From a virus, in the IMG/VR virus record IMGVR_UViG_3300038393_003172, positions 1-64,000 of that record: 64,000 nucleotides of DNA. One strand, given 5' to 3'. Below the pieces are notes generated by a model that worked only from the letters and a program-made list of their open reading frames with translations, ran no database searches and was not told where the DNA came from. Of the stretch, positions 1 to 10,298 are shown piece after piece. Each line of letters begins with the position of its first letter. The stretch's first letter is position 1. A program made the translations under genes and the position numbers.

Positions 1-504
1 GTGAGCGAGAAGAATGGTCGGCAGACGCTGAACGTGGACCTGGGCGAGCTGCGCCCGCTGCTTGATGCTGCTGCGAAGAATCAGGGGAAGCGGCCGGCGG
101 CGCTGGTGCGTGATGCGGTGGCGCAGGCGTTGGCAGTGCCGGCGGCGCCGTCCACACGGGCCTCACCGCGGCGCAGGGGAAGGCGCTGGTTGACGGCGAC
201 CTTCCGCCTGTCGGCCGACGAAGCGGATGCGCTGGAGGCTGGGGCGCTGGCCGAAGGCGTATCGAAGGCCGAGCACGTTGGGCGGCTGGCGCTGGCGTTT
301 GACGCGGGCGTCACGCGGCTGCAGGTGCTGGATGCGCTGCACGGGCTGGGTGAGCGGCTGCAGGCGCTGGAATTGGTGCTGCAGCAGCGCCAGCCGGGGC
401 AGGGCACCGTGGCTGCACTGCGCGAGGTCCGGGCGCAGTCGAGGCGGGTATCGGGGATGGTTGAGGCGGTGAGCGCCACGCGGCGCACGGGAGCAAGGCG
501 ATGA
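1..504 (+). CDS. Ribbon-helix-helix protein, MobC-like relaxosome accessory factor (two RHH-like repeats)
   Basis: Two beta-strand/helix patterns (TLNVDLGELRPLLDAAAK...ALVRDAV; TATFRLSADEADALEAGA...SKAEHV); lies upstream of the relaxase; starts at the window edge. Confidence 0.5.
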   Translation: MSEKNGRQTLNVDLGELRPLLDAAAKNQGKRPAALVRDAVAQALAVPAAPSTRASPRRRGRRWLTATFRLSADEADALEAGALAEGVSKAEHVGRLALAFDAGVTRLQVLDALHGLGERLQALELVLQQRQPGQGTVAALREVRAQSRRVSGMVEAVSATRRTGARR

Positions 505-905
505 ACTTCGAATTCGACATGAGCAAGGGCGAGCGCGTGGTCGTTGCAGCTGATGGCTGTGTGGTCCCTGAGCAGATGCTGGAGGCTGCAGCCAAGGCCG
601 CGGGCTTCAAGAAAACGGCGTTCGACAGTGAAGGCGGGTTCTTCGTCAGCGACAACGCCAACATGAACCCGGAGTTCGCGGCGTGGGGGCGATGGAACGT
701 ACACACCGACGACGGCGCCAGCCGTCGCCTGGAGACTGCGCTGAAGATCAGCGTCACGCAGGGCGGCATCGCGGTCTATACGGCAACCCCTTGCGGCATG
801 AGCTTCATGGAGAGCGTCGAAGGCGACCGTGGCGCGGCCACTCGGCTTGCTGTGCTGCGTGCGGCGGCGGCCATGGGTGGCTACCGTGAGCCGGTCGGAG
901 ACTGA
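501..905 (+). CDS. Phage hypothetical protein (LE.AAKAAG...WN..TDDG...ATR.A..RAAA family)
   Basis: ATGA overlap with the upstream gene; motif common in proteobacterial phage small proteins. Confidence 0.6.
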   Translation: MNFEFDMSKGERVVVAADGCVVPEQMLEAAAKAAGFKKTAFDSEGGFFVSDNANMNPEFAAWGRWNVHTDDGASRRLETALKISVTQGGIAVYTATPCGMSFMESVEGDRGAATRLAVLRAAAAMGGYREPVGD

Positions 906-1830
906 TGCCGCGCTGGCCGCCTGGTACGAGCGGCTGTTCTACCCGCGGGCCAAGCGCGGCAAGGCGGCCGAAGACCCGAATCTGCCGAAGCCAAAGGCCA
1001 GCCCGGCAGAGATTCGCGCCCACATCAAGCGTGTGGTGCGCGGCACGCCTGCGGCGGTGGTGAAGATCACAGGCACGCCCACGGGTATGCGTGGCATCCG
1101 GGCGCACCTGCGATACATCACCGAGCGCGGCGAGGCGCTCCACGATGAACTGGGCCGGGAGTACCGAACACCCGACGAGGTACGGACCTTTGGCGACCAC
1201 TTCCGCTATGCCGGCTCGCCTATCCCGCTGGACGGCGACCGGCGCGAGGCGTTCCAGATCGCACTGGACATACCCGCAGGCGACCCGGCAGCGGTGCAGG
1301 CTGCGGCGGTGGAGCTCGCCCAGCGCGAGTTTGACGGCCACCGCTGGGCTTGGGCCTTCCACAGCCACCAGGGGCACCCGCACGTTCACCTGATCGTGCG
1401 GGTGGAGGGCCGGCGCGGGCGGCGGCTGGACCCGCGCAAGGCTGATCTGCACCGCTGGCGCGAAGTGTTCGCGCAGGCGCTGCGCGCGCGCGGCGTGGCG
1501 GCCGACGCCACGCACCGGATGGTCCGCGGCACGGTACGAGATACGGAGCCGATCTACGTCACCCGCGCGCGCGCCGCCGGCACGCTGAAGCACGAGCACC
1601 CGCTGCACGGGAGGGTGACGGTCAAAGCAGCCTCGATGGAGCGCGCGGTGCGCGAGTGGGGCCATATCCACGCGGCGCTGGCCGCCTCGCCTGACGCCGC
1701 CGACCGGGCGCTGGCGCAGGAGGTGAGGGCGTTTGTGGAGCGCATGCCCATGGTTGAACACCTGGCGGGGCTGGAGCGGCAGCGCCAGCAGGTGGTGCAG
1801 CAATCCCAGGCGCACGGCCCGGACAGGTAG
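886..1830 (+). CDS. Relaxase/mobilization nuclease, VirD2/MobP type
   Basis: VVKITG, AHLRYI (catalytic Tyr) and HSHQGHPHVHLIV (HUH triad); likely GTG start at 886. Confidence 0.9.
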   Translation: MSRSETDAALAAWYERLFYPRAKRGKAAEDPNLPKPKASPAEIRAHIKRVVRGTPAAVVKITGTPTGMRGIRAHLRYITERGEALHDELGREYRTPDEVRTFGDHFRYAGSPIPLDGDRREAFQIALDIPAGDPAAVQAAAVELAQREFDGHRWAWAFHSHQGHPHVHLIVRVEGRRGRRLDPRKADLHRWREVFAQALRARGVAADATHRMVRGTVRDTEPIYVTRARAAGTLKHEHPLHGRVTVKAASMERAVREWGHIHAALAASPDAADRALAQEVRAFVERMPMVEHLAGLERQRQQVVQQSQAHGPDR

Positions 1831-1878
1831 CGCCGCGCTACACACTCTGTAGCAAAGTAATGTGTAGCGCGGCGCTAT
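1827..1878. promoter_or_regulatory. Two copies of palindromic operator A (GTAGCGC-N-GCGCTAC)
   Basis: GTAGCGCCGCGCTAC at 1827-1841 and GTAGCGCGGCGCTAT at 1864-1878, upstream of the ORF at 1936. Confidence 0.75.
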
Positions 1879-1935
1879 TTTCGCCCTACATTAAACACAT
1901 GGCGGCACGTTGCCGCCGGCTACCGGAGACACCTG

Positions 1936-2400
1936 ATGCCTGACGCAACCGTAGTCCCAGCCGACCAGACGACTTGGCCTGGCACCACCTACTCGCTGAC
2001 CTACGAGCAGTCTGAACAGCGCGTGGCCACGGCGCTGAAGGTGTTGGCACCGCTGGGCTTCGTGGACGGCAACGAGGAAGGTGAGAGCCCGGGGTTCGTG
2101 ATGCTGCATATCGAGAACCTGCCCGGCATTTACAGGCCGAGCTTTGCCTTCAACGTGTCGGGCTATGCCACGCTGGCCGATGCGCTGGCATCGCTGATGC
2201 CGAAACTGGCCGAGCACTTCCGCGAGCAGGGCCGCGAGGAAATCCGCCAGGGCTTCCGCAATCTCATGCAGTGCGCAGTGCAGCCCGCGAAGCCCTCCCA
2301 GGCTTACCTGCACCAGCAGGCCGAGCAGCAGGAGCGCGAGGAACGCTACCTGGAGGACCGCATGCGGCGCATCGCGCGCGAGGAAGCGCGTAGGGACTGA
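1936..2400 (+). CDS. Hypothetical protein
   Basis: GGAG RBS, 154 aa ORF in operon context. Confidence 0.6.
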   Translation: MPDATVVPADQTTWPGTTYSLTYEQSEQRVATALKVLAPLGFVDGNEEGESPGFVMLHIENLPGIYRPSFAFNVSGYATLADALASLMPKLAEHFREQGREEIRQGFRNLMQCAVQPAKPSQAYLHQQAEQQEREERYLEDRMRRIAREEARRD

Positions 2401-3088
2401 TCAACCAGGCGGCCCCGCGCCGCCTCACCGGAGAACCACGATGCCCACCATGACTCAGACAACCACCGGCTTTGACGCTGCCTGCACCGCGATCCGCGAG
2501 GGGCGTGCCACCCCCTGGGCACTTTGGGCGATCTTGACCAGCGAGCACGAACGCGACGGCTACGCCCTGAAGCCCGCCCCATGGGAAGGCCCTGGCGAGT
2601 ACCAAGCCCTGGCCTACAGCGACGGGCGCATGGCCTTTGTCCGCCTGCCCGACTTCCAGCCTCTACCGAATGTCACGGGAGCCTCCGCATGAAGCTGACC
2701 CTTGACCTCCCCGACGACGAAGCCGCGGCGCTGGCGCTGCTGCTGCGCGCCCTGTCCCCGCCGACGATCCAGAGCCTGGGCCTGACGGTGCCTCAGACCG
2801 ATAAGGCGCTTTCGGGAGTCGTGCGCCTGGGACACGCGCTGGTGCAGCCGGCCTGCGACGAACCGGCGCCAGTCAACTTGAAAGCGTCCACAGCGCTCGT
2901 GCATCGGGCCATGAGCCAACCGACGCTGTGGGCCGTGCGCGCGCGCGGTGGCGCTGAATTCGGCGGATGGATTGCGCTGAACACGCAGGCAGAACTGGAG
3001 CGGCATCTACAGGCGCTGCGCGAGAACCCGACCCTGTGGGAACTGCGCCAGTTCCGCGCGCTGCTGGATGACGGCCAGGAGCGCGGCA

Positions 3089-3328
3089 ATGGCTGACCGC
3101 GCTGCCGTTGGCCTCGCACTGCGCGACGTGCGCGAGTCGGCCGGAATGACGCTGGTGCAGTTGGCCGAAATGCTGGGCATCACCAAGAGTTCGCTGTCTC
3201 GGGCAGAGCTTGGCGAGCGCGACATTGCACTTCAGGAATTCATGGCGCTGGAGGACGTGACGGGCGTCACCTACGCCGACTTTCGCACGCTGGTGGAGCA
3301 CTTCGCCAAGGAGCGCCTCCATGGATGA
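3089..3328 (+). CDS. XRE-family helix-turn-helix protein
   Basis: LRDVRESAGMTLVQLAEMLGITKSSLSRAELGER is a canonical HTH_XRE pattern. Confidence 0.85.
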   Translation: MADRAAVGLALRDVRESAGMTLVQLAEMLGITKSSLSRAELGERDIALQEFMALEDVTGVTYADFRTLVEHFAKERLHG

Positions 3329-3511
3329 CATCGAATCCCTGGCCCGCCGGCTGTACGAGCATGGCACACGCTCGGCGCCGACCTGGGACCAGATCGGCCA
3401 AGGCACGCGCGGAGAGTGGCTGAAGATGGCCCAGCGCCACGCGGCCGGCGACACCGAATGGTGGTCAGTCGTGCCTCGCAAGCCGGTAGAACCGCAGGGG
3501 TCACTTTTCTG

Positions 3512-3766
3512 ATGAACAAAGAACGTAAGCCGTTGCGTGGGCGCCCAAGCCTGCCAGCCGAGAAGCGGCGCGAGTCGGTGCCGGCGCGGCTTCGCAAAGA
3601 ACTGCACGAGCGGTTCAAGGCGCTGGGCGGCGCTGATTGGATGGAGCCGCTGCTGGACGCGGATGTGGAGCCGGCCACCTGGAAAGTGCTGCTGGCGCTG
3701 CCGGCCGACGAACTGCGCCAGCGGCTGGAGCGCATGGTTGATGACGTGAAGGAGTCGAAGGCGTGA
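3512..3766 (+). CDS. Small DNA-binding protein (RGRP + RHH-like)
   Basis: RGRPSLPAEKRRESVPARLRKELHERFKALGG..W pattern. Confidence 0.5.
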   Translation: MNKERKPLRGRPSLPAEKRRESVPARLRKELHERFKALGGADWMEPLLDADVEPATWKVLLALPADELRQRLERMVDDVKESKA

Positions 3767-4317
3767 GGACGAAGGCAATCGGTGGCCCACTGCACGGCCA
3801 GAGCGTTTTCCTGAAGGGCCAGAAGCAGACGCACGAGCACGACGCTGTGTTGTACGTGACGCGCATGTGGGAGGGGGCCGACCGCCGGCTTGTGCCCGTG
3901 CTGGTACTGGCCGACTTGGATATAGGCGAAGCCTTCTCCCAAGCGATGCAGGTGATGGGCGGGAGCGTCACCTAACCCGTTGAGGCGCCTGGGAAACCAG
4001 CGCCAGCAGTGCCGATTCCCAGGAATCGACTGCAGGAAATGCCACACAGATTATTGGCGTTAAGTGAGTACCAAATCCATGAAACACACTGACCTGATAG
4101 AGCGCGCCAAGACCGACAACGGCGCGGCGCTGGAGCTCGCGGCCAAGCTGCGACTGGACATGTGCTGGAACCAGAACGAGGACCCTTGGGAGTTCAATGC
4201 CTGGCCGCAGGGCGGCGGCATGGGCAGCAACGCGGCTCCCGCCGACCACGGCGACGACAACGCGGCGGCAATGCGCAGCGCAATCGTGGAAGCAGCCGAA
4301 CGTGCTGGAGCCGCAGC

Positions 4318-5052
4318 ATGAGCACCACCACCAACACCGCGCCCGCGCTGCTGACGGATGAGCGCCTGATCGCGTGCATCAGGTCCGCTGCTGGGCCTGC
4401 TGTGCCGATGGGCCTGCTGCGTGACCGCGGCCCCTACGAAGTCACCGAGCCGACCTTGTTCGCCCGCAACCTCGCCTCCCTCATCGAGCGCGAAGTGCGC
4501 GCAGCCCTGGCCCAGCAGCAGCCCGCCGCCAGCGGGGCGCAGCCGGACGAGCGCTCAGCTTTCGAGGACTGGGCGATCCGCGCAGGGTTCGCCTTCCGCG
4601 ACGAGCAGCACGGCATCTACTCGCCGGCCGGTGGGCTGGCTCATGCCTGGGAGGCGTGGCAGGCCCGCGCAGCCCTGGCCGCCGCTCCAGCAGCAGCGCC
4701 CTTCGGCTACATGGATCAGCGCACGCTGGACAGCATGAGCAAGCTGTCGCCTCGCGGCTATGTGATGCCGGTTATCACGCGCTCAGCATTCGACGACTGC
4801 ACTGTGCCCGTCTATGCCGGCGCCGCTCCAGCAGCGGCGCAGCCATGGATTTCGGTGAGCGAGCGGCTGCCGGTGCTCAAGCGCGCCGAGCGGACGTACC
4901 TGATCTGGAGCGAACGCTGGTCGCATCCGGTGCAGGCGCGTTTCATGGACGACCAGTGGTGGTTTGCCGGCGAGCAGGTCTACCCGACGCACTGGATGCC
5001 GACGCCCGCCGCTCCTGGCGCTGCGGCGCCGGCCGGGGAGCAGCAGCCGTGA
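4318..5052 (+). CDS. Phage protein with C-terminal DUF551-like domain
   Basis: WISVSERLP...THWMPTPAAP. Confidence 0.7.
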   Translation: MSTTTNTAPALLTDERLIACIRSAAGPAVPMGLLRDRGPYEVTEPTLFARNLASLIEREVRAALAQQQPAASGAQPDERSAFEDWAIRAGFAFRDEQHGIYSPAGGLAHAWEAWQARAALAAAPAAAPFGYMDQRTLDSMSKLSPRGYVMPVITRSAFDDCTVPVYAGAAPAAAQPWISVSERLPVLKRAERTYLIWSERWSHPVQARFMDDQWWFAGEQVYPTHWMPTPAAPGAAAPAGEQQP

Positions 5053-6177
5053 GCGGCGTTCGTGCAGCACGGGCGCTGCTCGCCCTGGATGCCGGCTTGG
5101 CCGAGTGCGTGGAGCTACTGACCGCGCGAGTGCGCCCCAGCAGCCTTGAATGGCGCCCGGCGGTGCTTGCGCTGGTGCGTGAGCGCGTGATGGGTACATG
5201 GACGCTGACGCTGGCAGCAGAGGCGGCGGGCGCAACGGAGCAGCAAGTCGTCGCGGCGCTGCTGTACCTAGAGCCGCTGCGCATCGGCTCCAACTGCGTT
5301 TGCCGCGGAGAGGCCGAGATGCTGTTCGCCGAGCGCGGCTGACGCGATTTGCTAATCCAGATTCTTTTCCTTATTTGGATTATCTGCACAGCCGGGGAGC
5401 ATGGATGAGCATCGAACAAATTCTGGCCGTCATACGTGGCGTGGCGTCGCTTGCGGCGCGCTACGAAGTCAACGGCGAGCCCACGCCTTTCGGCAGGGGC
5501 TTCTCGGTCGCGTGCGGAGAAATTGAGTGGCGCATGCGCGAGCATGTCGGCGCCACCGTGGCTCAGCCCGGCCCAACACATGCAGAAATGATTGCATCCA
5601 TAGAGTCGATCAAGACCGCACCGGCCCTGCTCGCTGCCATATCTGCTTCTGCCGGCGCTACGGCTGCGCATCCAGGCCCGCAAGCGACCATTGCAGCCAT
5701 TCATTGCCGCCTTCAGCACGGAGGTGCGTTGTCCGAAGCTACTCGCCTTGCACTGACTGAGGCATGCGAGGCAGCGGTGCCGGAGCTCAAGGCGCTGCGC
5801 GCCAAGGGCACTGGAGGTGCAGCGTGATGCGCCCGTGGACGTGCGTGCTGCCGCTATTCATCGTGCGCTGGCTGGCGCTGCGGCACGGAGAACGTCTTCA
5901 TGTGGGCGGGAGAACGGTAGTCCTTGGGCCGCCGGGCGTGCTGTTCACCGTGCCTGCCGACGCCCCGTCGTGCAAACTGGATGTGTACGTGATGGCTCCG
6001 AGAATTGACCCACGGCGGCGCAACTGGCATTTGATCAATATGGCGATGCGCGAGCATGAGAAAGTGCATCCCAATCCTGACTCGGGAGTTGATCGTGGCT
6101 AGGTCAGCCTGGGGCCACACGTCGCGCCATTGCCGGTACTGCGGCAAGGTCGGGCCGCGCACGCGGGTGATGCTCGG

Positions 6178-6354
6178 GTGGACCTGCTGACCATAAAGCG
6201 CAGCGCCGGGGAGGCCGAGTACGGCCAGCCGCTGCCGGCGCTCAACGCCTACATTGACGCCGAGCTGGCGCGGCTGGCCGCAGTCAGCCCGCCCCTTCCG
6301 AGAGACACCGACTTCTCGGTGCTGGATAGGCTGCTGTTCGGGACCATCGTTTGA
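6178..6354 (+). pseudogene. C-terminal fragment of a YcgL/RlaP-like nucleotidyltransferase
   Basis: DLLTIKRSAGEAEYGQPLPALNAYIDAELARL...LDRLL resembles the C-terminus of PF10127 proteins; no N-terminal part is present. Confidence 0.5.
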
Positions 6355-8090
6355 CATTGGCCGCGGCGATGCGCGCGCAGTGCTCGCGCACCAGCCGGCG
6401 CGCGTCCGGCTTGCTGGCGAACCAGGCGAACAGCGGGTAGCAGTCGTCTTGCGCCAGCGCGGGCGGCGGCCAGCCGGTCATGGTCAATCGCCTTCCTTGG
6501 AAGCGGTGATCGTCACCAGCGGTGGCGCCTGCCACCCCACCTTGAGCATCCACTTCAGCAAGTCCTCAATTGCTGCCATGGCGTATCCGCTCTCGCTGTC
6601 CTCGTTGTCGGGATCATCGAAGCCGTAGTCGCGCAGCAACTCGCGCGCCTTCATCGCGGGCGGCATCACGCCCTTGCCCAGCAGTTCCCGGGTGCCGTCC
6701 GGCCGCTTGCCGAAGATCTCGCACAGGTCTGCCTCGTCCAACGCGGTAGGCCTTGGCTGCTCGGCGTTCCTGTCGGCTGCGAAGCGGTGATAGGCGGCGC
6801 TCGGGTTGCTGTCCAACAGGTCCAGCGCGGCCTGGCCGCCAAGGTCGCGCACGATGGTCTGCAGGGCGCCCTTGTAATCGCTGTCGTCGGCGAAGTAGAG
6901 CGCGGACACGGCCTCGCCCAATGCGTGTGCGGGGTTCATCAGGCGGTGGCCCCGTGGATCAATGGTTTGATGAGGCCCCACAGCCATGGCACGCCGTAGG
7001 CGAGCGCAAGGCCAATGAGGACGCCGACGACGATCAGGAACACCAACAGCCCCGTGAGGTCGATGTTGTAGTAGCCGCGCTGGCGGTGCTGCGGCCCGAT
7101 GCCGCGTGGCCTGCGAAGCTGGCGCTGCAGCACCTCGCGCAGTCTCTCGTTCGGCTGGCCGAGTTTGCGAAATGGTGCAAGTTTGCGAAATTGCGAAAAA
7201 TCGAAATTTCCGGGCATGTCAGCTCCCCAGCACTTCTTCGCCGACCGCATCCGAGTCGCTGGCACCAGGTGGAGGCGTATTGGGCTTTGGCTTGAGCATC
7301 AGGCCCTCGCGGTTGAGGCGGTCGAGCACGTCGCGGAAGCCGTCAGGCCCCACACCCTTGATCGCATCGAGCCGGTAGACGTCCAGCGCCAGCAGCTCGC
7401 GCAGCGTTTCCACGCCGGCCTTCTTCAGCGGCACGATGACGCGGTAGTCCCACCAGTCCAGCGAGATCAGCAGCCGGTCCAGGCGCCGGTCCTCTGTCTC
7501 GGCTGGCGTCGGCGCGGGCGCACTCGGCAGCGGCTGGCCAGGCTCGCGCGTCGGCTCGGCTCGCTGCTCAAGAATGGCATCGGCCCACTCGTAGCAGAGC
7601 ATCGCCCACACAGCCAAGAATGCGCGCCGGGTGGTGGTGTCGGACAGGTTGACTTCGCCGTCGCCCCACACGGCATGAACCATGAGCAGTTCAACAGGCG
7701 CGCGCATGGCGAACTCGTCGCGCAGTGTGGAGGGGCTGATCGTGTCCATGTCTTATTCCCCCTGCTTGGGTTCGAACTCGGCCCGCAGTGCCTCGTATTG
7801 CCTGCGCCTGGCCGCTTTGCCACTCTCCAGATCCTTGGCGAGATTGGCAGCGCGCAGGTCTGTCAGCTCGCGATGGGTGGCGATGCCGGCGGCTACCAAC
7901 GATGAGTCGCCATAGTCGAGAACGTCGAGCTTCGCGGGCCATATCCCAGCGTCACCGTCGTGGCCGTAGCTGACCTCCAGAGTCGTGAACGTGCCATCCG
8001 TGAACACGATCACGGACTGCTTTGTGTAGGAGCTTCCGGCGTCGATGAACTTGACAGTGCGACCAACGGCCTCGGTTGATGTGACCTCTT

Positions 8091-8528
8091 TCAGCATGGT
8101 TCTTCCTCTTCAGGTGAAAGCCGGCACTGGCGCAGCGCCGGATCGTTGCGTGGCACGCCGTTGGCGACGGCCATGCTGATGTAGCCGGCATGGAGCTCAT
8201 GGCCGCCATCCGTGACGTCGAGCTTGAAGCGCCCGTTGTGCAGGCCCAGCCGCACGCCCAGGTTGTGCGCGGCGCCACGCAGCAGGAAGCCGGCGCAGGT
8301 GGCGGGCTTCTTGGAGCCGGATTCGTGGCAGCCGAATGTTTCCATCGCCATGTCGGCCGCGGTCCCTGCGCTGATGCGGAACGCCTCGGCCGGGAAGTCG
8401 CCTGTGTTGTCCACGCGCCAGGGGCAGCCGCCGCAGGGCTGGCGCCGGTAGCCGCCGCTGCCGCCTTCAACGCGTACCACCTGGTTGTTTTCATCAGCCG
8501 GCGTGACGCTGGTGATGCGTGCATTCAT
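8091..8528 (-). CDS. DUF6283-like Cys/His protein
   Basis: PCGGCPWR...FGCHES...TCAGFL. Confidence 0.6.
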   Translation of the reverse strand: MNARITSVTPADENNQVVRVEGGSGGYRRQPCGGCPWRVDNTGDFPAEAFRISAGTAADMAMETFGCHESGSKKPATCAGFLLRGAAHNLGVRLGLHNGRFKLDVTDGGHELHAGYISMAVANGVPRNDPALRQCRLSPEEEEPC

Positions 8529-9094
8529 CGGCCTGCGCTCCTGATCGTTCGCTGCGCAAGCCTGTTGGCCGTGGCCTCGGAGATGGTGTCGGCGGTGCCG
8601 TTTTCGTCCACGGCCGATCCGAACTGACGCTTGTAGGCATCCCGGCCGGCATAGGTGGCTGCAGTGTGGCCGTCCGTTCCCTTGACCACCACGCGCACGG
8701 CGAGGCCGCGGGCAATCAGGTCGTCGCGCCCGGCTTTGCTGGGCACGTCGCCGTCCCACAGCGGGCCTTTCTCGACCAGGGCCACCAGCGTGTCGATCTC
8801 AGCTCCGGTCAGCGGGATCATGCCGGCTCCTTCGCGGCAGGCCACTGCTGGGCGGCGTGGCGCTGGCCCGCCTCAGTGAGCCGCAGCTTCCCGCCATCGC
8901 CGCAGACCAGCCCGAGTGCTGTCAGGATCACGATGGAGCAGGCGCCGCTGGCCGAGGTCAGTTCCACGTCGCGCCCTGAAGGGCTGGGATCATGGGCCAG
9001 GAGTTGCCCGCGCCCGTTGACACGGCAGGGGCCGTTGCGGTGCAGCTCGGCCAGCACTCGATGCTGGTTCGTTGTCAGCTTCATTGGATGGTCC

Positions 9095-9556
9095 TCAGAA
9101 AAGCTCGGCGGTGCCGGACTTCGCGCGGCGCGTGCGCCATGCGTTCTTGGCGTGCAGCGGCGCGTCGAACGCCAGGTGGTGGCGCTGGCACGCTACTTTC
9201 AGGTTCTCGGGCCGGCAGTCGCTGGGGTCGTGGTTCAGGTGCATCGTGGTCAGCACGATGACGATGGGCTTGGGGCCTTCCTCGCTCTGCGGCCAATCCA
9301 GCTCGGCGGCGTACTGCTGCGCCTCTTTGTAGGTCCAGCGCTTCGTGCCGATCATGGGCAGCAGGCCGCGGCCGGCGTAGCCTTCGACGGGCTGCCACAC
9401 CCAGATGCCGCGCTCCTGGCGCCAGTGCCCCACGGCGTACTGGCAAGCGCCGCAGCCCTCCCACTGGCAGCGCCAGCCGGCGCGCTCCTTGGCCGCGAGG
9501 CTGATGGCGTCCCAATCTGGCGGGTAGAGGGCTTTCTTGTCCTTTGTGATGGGCAT
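9095..9556 (-). CDS. HNH-like phage protein
   Basis: YPPDW...RAGWRC...VLTTMHLNHDPSDCRPENLKVACQRHH. Confidence 0.7.
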   Translation of the reverse strand: MPITKDKKALYPPDWDAISLAAKERAGWRCQWEGCGACQYAVGHWRQERGIWVWQPVEGYAGRGLLPMIGTKRWTYKEAQQYAAELDWPQSEEGPKPIVIVLTTMHLNHDPSDCRPENLKVACQRHHLAFDAPLHAKNAWRTRRAKSGTAELF

Positions 9557-9903
9557 GGCTTACCCCTTGGTCAGTTCATCGCCGGCCATGGCGATGATCG
9601 AAGCTATAGATGCAGATATGGCCTCGGGGCCGATCACTTGCCCGCCTGGCGCCTTGAAAGACACCTCTATGACGCCCCTGTGACCGTCAACGAATACCCG
9701 GCCACCTTTCCAGTTTGCGAAGACGCAGGCGCTGTTTATGTCGGCCACACGCACGACGTGGGTCACCATCGCTGGATTCAAGTCGATCCATTTCACGATG
9801 CGGCCGAAGCGCGGAATGCAGTCGTCGCACAGCTCGGAGCCGTGCTGGCGCTGCAGGAATCCAGACCCGCGGCAGCGAAGGCATCGGTACTCGATGCGGG
9901 CTT

Positions 9904-10296
9904 TCATGGAAGTTCCACCCACACGCCGCACTTGTTCGCCACCACGGCCCGGCACACGGCCTCGGGAAGCGTCAGGCCCATTTCGTTGCTGTGGTGGTGG
10001 CTGACGCGCGCGAGCCAGTGCTTCACGTTGACGGGTTCTCCGTCGAACACGCCGCCGGGATCGCGCGGCTCTACGCGCACGTCGTACTTCGTGATGAGCT
10101 CACCGACGCCAGATAGGTCCGTGGACGGGGCATAGCGGGGCGTGTCGTCCCCGCCGATGTAGCCGGCGAATCCTGTTCGATCCAGAACCCAGCAGTCGCC
10201 ACGCACCGGGTGACGCATGACCTTCAGGCCCTCGGCAACGGCCATGGCCGTGTCCAGCATTGGGCCGGCTGGCAGATCGCTGACGCGGTGCTTCAT
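9904..10296 (-). CDS. NinX/DUF2591-like phage protein
   Basis: LD.A.A.AEG...Y.PSTD...G.TL..A.CRA.V pattern. Confidence 0.6.
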   Translation of the reverse strand: MKHRVSDLPAGPMLDTAMAVAEGLKVMRHPVRGDCWVLDRTGFAGYIGGDDTPRYAPSTDLSGVGELITKYDVRVEPRDPGGVFDGEPVNVKHWLARVSHHHSNEMGLTLPEAVCRAVVANKCGVWVELP

Positions 10297-10298
10297 AG

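Noticed and set aside
7160-7210. AGTTTGCGAAAT repeats as an operator
   Set aside because: Only two or three copies inside the 5' end of an ORF (FRKL repeats); not seen elsewhere
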